NCBI RefSeq assembly: GCF_036387035.1
Contig: NZ_DASVUM010000268.1
Location: 6,671-70,670, forward strand
Direction: 5' to 3'
DNA length: 64,000 nt
Source of the DNA: Pseudomonas sp.
GTDB taxonomy: Bacteria; Pseudomonadota; Gammaproteobacteria; Pseudomonadales; Pseudomonadaceae
A model generated the notes under the pieces. That model saw nothing but the letters and a program-made list of their open reading frames with translations. It was not told the DNA's origin and did no database searches. This document shows positions 59,812-64,000 of the stretch, one piece after another; within the stretch, counting starts at the first letter, position 1; every line of letters begins with the position of its first letter. The position numbers and the translations under genes were made by a program.

Positions 59812-61155
59812 ATGATTCGTATGCCCCTGGCAACCGCAAGTCTGCTCGCTGTCGCTATTGCTCTGGCCGGTTGTGATCAGGGCAAGGACAAGCCCGCCGC
59901 TGCTGCACCTGCCGCAGCCGCCGCTCCGACGCCAGCGCCGGCCCCCGCCGCTGCGCCTGCCCAGACCAGCGAAGCCGCCACCAAAGCGGTGGTCGCCAAC
60001 TACGCAAACATCGTATTTGCCGTGTTCAGCGACGCCGAATCCACTGCCAAAAACCTCAGCACGGCCGTCGACGCGTTCCTCGCCACCCCCAATGACCAAA
60101 CCCTCAAAGCGGCGCGTGCAGCATGGGTAGCGGCGCGCGTGCCGTACATGCAGAGCGAAGTCTTCCGCTTTGGCAACACCATCATCGACGACTGGGAAGG
60201 CCAGGTGAACGCATGGCCACTGGACGAAGGCCTGATCGATTACGTCGCCAAGGATTACCAGCACGCATTGGGCAATCCGGGTGCCACCGCCAACATCATC
60301 GCCAACACGTCGGTGCAGGTCGGCGAAGACAAAGTCGACGTCACCGAAATCACCCCTGAGAAGCTCGCCAGCCTGAACGAACTCGGCGGCTCGGAAGCGA
60401 ACGTGGCGACCGGTTATCACGCCATCGAATTCCTGCTCTGGGGCCAGGACCTGCATGGTACCGGTCCGGGCGCCGGCGAGCGTCCAGCCAGCGACTACAT
60501 CGAAGGCCAGGGCGGCACCGGCGGCCACAACGACCGCCGCCGCGCCTACCTCAAAGCGGCTACCGACCTGCTGGTCAGCGACCTCGAAGAGATGGTCAAC
60601 AACTGGAAACCCGGCGTCGCCGACAACTACCGCGCCACACTGGAAGCAGAATCTGCCGAGAGCGGGCTGCGCAAAATGCTCTTCGGCATGGGCAGCCTGT
60701 CGTTGGGCGAGTTGGCGGGCGAGCGCATGAAAGTCGCGCTGGAAGCCAATTCCAGCGAGGACGAGCACGACTGCTTCAGCGACAACACCCACAACTCGCA
60801 CTTCTATAACGGCTTGGGCATCCGCAACGTTTACCTGGGCGAATACACCCGTGTCGACGGCAGCAAAGTGACCGGCCCTAGCCTGTCCTCGCTGGTGGCC
60901 AAGGCTGATGCCGCGACCGACCAGACCGTGCGCGCCGACCTCGACGCGACGCAGGCAAAACTCCAGGTCATCGTCGACCACGCCAACAAGGGCGAGCATT
61001 TCGACCAACTGATCGCGGCGGGCAATACAGCGGGCAATCAGGTGGTGCGCGACGCCATCGCCGCACTGGTCAAACAGACTGGCGCCATCGAGCAAGCCGC
61101 CGGCAAGCTGGGCATTACCGACCTGAACCCGGACAACGCCGACCACGAGTTCTGA
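59812..61155 (+). CDS. icmP: Imelysin-family lipoprotein IcmP
   Basis: Lipobox LAGC, Ala/Pro linker, NAWPLDEG, GYHAIEF (GxHxxE), EDEHDCFSDNTH. Confidence 0.9.
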   Translation: MIRMPLATASLLAVAIALAGCDQGKDKPAAAAPAAAAAPTPAPAPAAAPAQTSEAATKAVVANYANIVFAVFSDAESTAKNLSTAVDAFLATPNDQTLKAARAAWVAARVPYMQSEVFRFGNTIIDDWEGQVNAWPLDEGLIDYVAKDYQHALGNPGATANIIANTSVQVGEDKVDVTEITPEKLASLNELGGSEANVATGYHAIEFLLWGQDLHGTGPGAGERPASDYIEGQGGTGGHNDRRRAYLKAATDLLVSDLEEMVNNWKPGVADNYRATLEAESAESGLRKMLFGMGSLSLGELAGERMKVALEANSSEDEHDCFSDNTHNSHFYNGLGIRNVYLGEYTRVDGSKVTGPSLSSLVAKADAATDQTVRADLDATQAKLQVIVDHANKGEHFDQLIAAGNTAGNQVVRDAIAALVKQTGAIEQAAGKLGITDLNPDNADHEF

Positions 61156-61237
61156 TCCGCTTCAAAACCGCTTTAGGTCCGCTTTAAGTCTATGGGGGCG
61201 TCGCCCTTCCGGATTGAACCCGGACACGCTGCAAACG

Positions 61238-61270
61238 AATGCCGACCCGGCCACGGGCCGGCATTTTTTT
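61238..61270 (+). terminator. Intrinsic terminator after icmP
   Basis: AATGCCGACCCG-GCCA-CGGGCCGGCATTTTTTT. Confidence 0.8.
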
Positions 61271-61436
61271 CGTCAATCGAAGGCCCGACATCCCCGCCAA
61301 ACTGATCGTATCCGAGGAGCGGTCTGTAACCTTTGTAAGGCATTTCCTGTTCGCTCCTTGTCGGATTGAACACGCCTCCTCCGCCGCTGACTATGCCCAC
61401 TTCCTTGACCCCACCCTATCCAGGAGGAGACAGAAA

Positions 61437-61976
61437 GTGCCCAAGAGAAACAATAAAAGGCGCCGCGTCAGTAAGCTCAAAGCCAACGATTACGGTATCC
61501 ATCTGCTGGTCGGCATCAAGGGCCCGCGTGCCTGGAAGGTGACGATCTATCGCGACGGCAGAACCTTCAACAGACTGTTCTCCTTCTCCCGTTACGGCGG
61601 ACGGGACGCGGCACGGCAAGCCGCAGATGCGTGCCGTGACCAGTTGCTGCTGGCTCACCTGCCCAAGCTCAGCCGCGACATCCGTCAGCGCATCATCGCC
61701 ACCAACACCAGCGGTTATCCGGGGGTGCATTACCGCTGCTACACCGGCATTGCTTATTGGGTGGCACGCACCACTCTGCGCAATGGCAGCAGTGTCACCA
61801 AGTCGTTCAGGGTGGAGCATTACGGCTACGAACGGGCCAAGGAGCTGGCGATCCGTGAGCGCGAACGGCAACTTGACGGCATCGGCGACTACCGGTCATT
61901 CAAGGTGGTTGAGGGAGAACGGCGTCTGATGCAATTGCTCGTCGAAAATCCGGCGCTGCAGATCGCGGGAGCATGA
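61437..61976 (+). CDS. Tandem AP2-domain DNA-binding protein (179 aa)
   Basis: AGGAGG RBS and GTG start. Repeat 1: YGI..AWKVTIYR..FSFSRYGGRDAARQAADACRD. Repeat 2: NTSGYPGV..YWVART..KSFRVEHYGYERAKELAIRER. Confidence 0.78.
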   Translation: MPKRNNKRRRVSKLKANDYGIHLLVGIKGPRAWKVTIYRDGRTFNRLFSFSRYGGRDAARQAADACRDQLLLAHLPKLSRDIRQRIIATNTSGYPGVHYRCYTGIAYWVARTTLRNGSSVTKSFRVEHYGYERAKELAIRERERQLDGIGDYRSFKVVEGERRLMQLLVENPALQIAGA

Positions 61977-62034
61977 GTTTAGCCAACCGGCTAACCGAGG
62001 GATGATTTGGTAACAACACGTTACGAGAGGACCT

Positions 62035-62059
62035 GCAAACGCTAATCCCTCTTATTCAT
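62035..62059. promoter_or_regulatory. Weak Fur-box-like element
   Basis: GCAAACGCTAATCCCTCTT, 11 of 19 match to the Fur consensus. Confidence 0.35.
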
Positions 62060-62116
62060 CAAAGCCGGGGCTGGTAAGCTTGCTCGCCCCGATTTCCTCG
62101 CCTTTTCAGGACCTGT

Positions 62117-63544
62117 ATGACTGCGCGGTTCCGTCAATCGTTTCCCCTGCTGATGGCACTCGCCGTCAGTGGGTGCGATGACGCCCCGCGTTTCACCGCC
62201 GCCGAGCCCGGCGAGTCACGGTCAGGCGGTGCGACGACCGTCAACAAAAGCGACCGCAATGCGTTTTCCCTGCCTTCGGCCAACCTGTCGCCTGCCCGGC
62301 GTCTGGACTTCAGCGTCGGCAACAGCTTCTTCCGTAACCCGTGGGTGATCGCCCCCTCCACGACCACCGCCCGCGACGGCCTGGGTCCGTTGTTCAATAC
62401 CAACGCCTGCCAGAACTGCCACATCAAGGACGGCCGGGGTCACCCACCCGAGCCGGGGGCAGACAATGCCGTTTCAATGCTGGTGCGGCTGTCGATTCCC
62501 GACGACCCGGCATTTGCCGAACACATCAAGCAGTTGGGCCTGACACCGGAGCCGGTGTACGGCAAACAACTCCAGGACATGGCCATTCCCGGCGTAACGC
62601 CCGAGGGCAAGGTGCGGGTCGACTACGATTCGATGACCGTGCATTTTCGCGACGGGACCCCGGTGCATTTGCGCCGCCCGACCCTGCAGATCACCCAGCC
62701 AGGTTATGGCCCGATGCACCCGCTGACCCGCGCATCCGCGCGCATCGCACCGCCGATGATTGGCCTGGGGCTTCTGGAAGCCATTCCTCAGGCGGCGATT
62801 CTGGCCAACGCCAACCCGGACGATGAACAAGGCACCGGCATCACCGGCAAGCCCAATTGGGTCTGGGACGACGTACAGCAGAAAACCGTGCTCGGCCGTT
62901 TCGGCTGGAAAGCCTCGCAGCCCGGCATCCAGCAGCAAAACGCCCACGCGCTCTCGGGCGACATGGGCCTGACCTCCAGCCTGATGCCGGTAGACGACTG
63001 CACGCCATCACAGACCGCATGCCTGGCCGCGCCCAACGGCGAAGGCCCTGACGGCGAGCCAGAAGTCAGCGACAACATCCTGCGCCTGATCACCTTCTAT
63101 ACCCGCAACCTCGGCGTGCCGGCACGCCGAGACGTGGCCGAGCCGCAAGTGCTGGCGGGCAAGAGTCTTTTCTTCAAGGCCGGCTGCCAGCAATGCCACA
63201 CGCCGCAATTCACGACCTCGGCCGATGCAGCCGAGCCTGAGCTGGCGAACCAGGTCATCCGCCCTTACACCGATCTGCTGCTGCACGACATGGGCGAAGG
63301 CCTGGCCGACAACCTCAGCGAGTTTCAGGCCAGCGGCCAGCAATGGCGAACGCCTCCGTTGTGGGGCATCGGCCTCACCGAAACCGTCAGTGGCCATACG
63401 CAGTTTCTGCACGACGGGCGTGCCCGCAACCTGATGGAGGCCGTGCTCTGGCATGGCGGTGAGGCGTTGCCGGCGCAACGTCAGGTGCTGGCCTTCGACG
63501 CGGAACAACGCGCGGCGCTGCTGGCGTTCCTGAATTCTCTCTAA
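62117..63544 (+). CDS. Di-heme oxidoreductase family lipoprotein (DHOR)
   Basis: Lipobox VSGC, two CxxCH (CQNCH, CQQCH), GRFGWKA, WRTPPLWGIG, LHDGRAR. Confidence 0.92.
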   Translation: MTARFRQSFPLLMALAVSGCDDAPRFTAAEPGESRSGGATTVNKSDRNAFSLPSANLSPARRLDFSVGNSFFRNPWVIAPSTTTARDGLGPLFNTNACQNCHIKDGRGHPPEPGADNAVSMLVRLSIPDDPAFAEHIKQLGLTPEPVYGKQLQDMAIPGVTPEGKVRVDYDSMTVHFRDGTPVHLRRPTLQITQPGYGPMHPLTRASARIAPPMIGLGLLEAIPQAAILANANPDDEQGTGITGKPNWVWDDVQQKTVLGRFGWKASQPGIQQQNAHALSGDMGLTSSLMPVDDCTPSQTACLAAPNGEGPDGEPEVSDNILRLITFYTRNLGVPARRDVAEPQVLAGKSLFFKAGCQQCHTPQFTTSADAAEPELANQVIRPYTDLLLHDMGEGLADNLSEFQASGQQWRTPPLWGIGLTETVSGHTQFLHDGRARNLMEAVLWHGGEALPAQRQVLAFDAEQRAALLAFLNSL

Positions 63545-63571
63545 CATATTTCTGAAGATAAGGAGTCGGGC

Positions 63572-64000
63572 ATGTTCCGCCCCAAGTTGTTGCTCACCAG
63601 CCTCGCCGCCCTGGCACTGGGCGCGTGTGCGCCGTCGGACCCGCAAGCCGTGACGTCCGCGGCCATCGCCAGCCAGGTCATCCTGCCGACTTATAGCCGT
63701 TGGGTCGATGCCGACCGGCAACTGGCGATCAGCGCCTTGTCTTACTGCCAGGGCAAGTCCGATCTGGACACCGCCCGGGCCGACTTCCTTCACGCACAGA
63801 AAGCCTGGGCCGAGCTGCAACCGCTGCTGATCGGGCCGCTGGCGGAGGGCAATCGTGCCTGGCAGATTCAGTTCTGGCCGGACAAGAAGAACCTCGTCGG
63901 CCGTCAGGTGGAGCAACTGGTTACCGCACAACCGCAGATCAGCGCCGACGCCCTGGCCAAATCCAGTGTCGTGGTCCAGGGGTTATCGGCGTATGAGTAC
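63572..64000 (+). CDS. Second imelysin-like lipoprotein (5' part; runs off the right edge)
   Basis: AAGGAG RBS; manual translation MFRPKLLLTSLAALALGAC...ILPTY...QIQFWPDKKNLVGRQV...VQGLSAYEY. Confidence 0.85.
   Translation, partial: MFRPKLLLTSLAALALGACAPSDPQAVTSAAIASQVILPTYSRWVDADRQLAISALSYCQGKSDLDTARADFLHAQKAWAELQPLLIGPLAEGNRAWQIQFWPDKKNLVGRQVEQLVTAQPQISADALAKSSVVVQGLSAYEY

Noticed and set aside
59896-59961. Low-complexity GCC/CCG repeats in icmP
   Set aside because: They encode an ordinary Ala/Pro lipoprotein tether.
58360-61146. Antisense ORFs over bifA and icmP
   Set aside because: Opposite well-supported genes and no recognisable domains.
61239-61436. N-terminal extension of the AP2 ORF in the ORF track
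   Set aside because: It starts inside a terminator hairpin; the strong RBS supports GTG 61437.

Overview
A GC-rich chromosomal segment of a Pseudomonas. From about 20 kb onward the gene order matches my recollection of the P. aeruginosa PA4308-PA4372 core region. Left to right it holds a partial aruI-like ThDP enzyme with a divergent LysR, an MFS exporter, a tandem-Cache periplasmic protein, ttgR-ttgABC (MexAB-OprM-type) RND efflux, a trimmed pcaR-IJF-T-D beta-ketoadipate cluster, pitA, a HerA/YjgR ATPase, a glycosyltransferase-deacetylase-flippase lipid operon, purU, mvaT, sbcB, an RDD/SpoIIM/DUF4129/DUF4350/MoxR/DUF58 operon, pykA, a SadC-like cyclase, class I fumarase, PLD, olsBA, acpH, ArsR-MFS-xenB, argP/lysE, sodB, bifA and the icmP imelysin locus. 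I saw no tRNA, rRNA, CRISPR array, integrase or transposase. The least ordinary elements are: (1) an orphan twin-AP2-domain gene with a structured leader inside the icmP locus; (2) a 1,557-bp TrxB-like reductase insert bounded by GTGA repeats that splits the MoxR operon; (3) a candidate ~85-nt sRNA divergent from pcaR whose promoter abuts PcaR boxes; (4) four repeat types stacked downstream of xenB. All family assignments come from motif recognition and recalled synteny; no database search was run.
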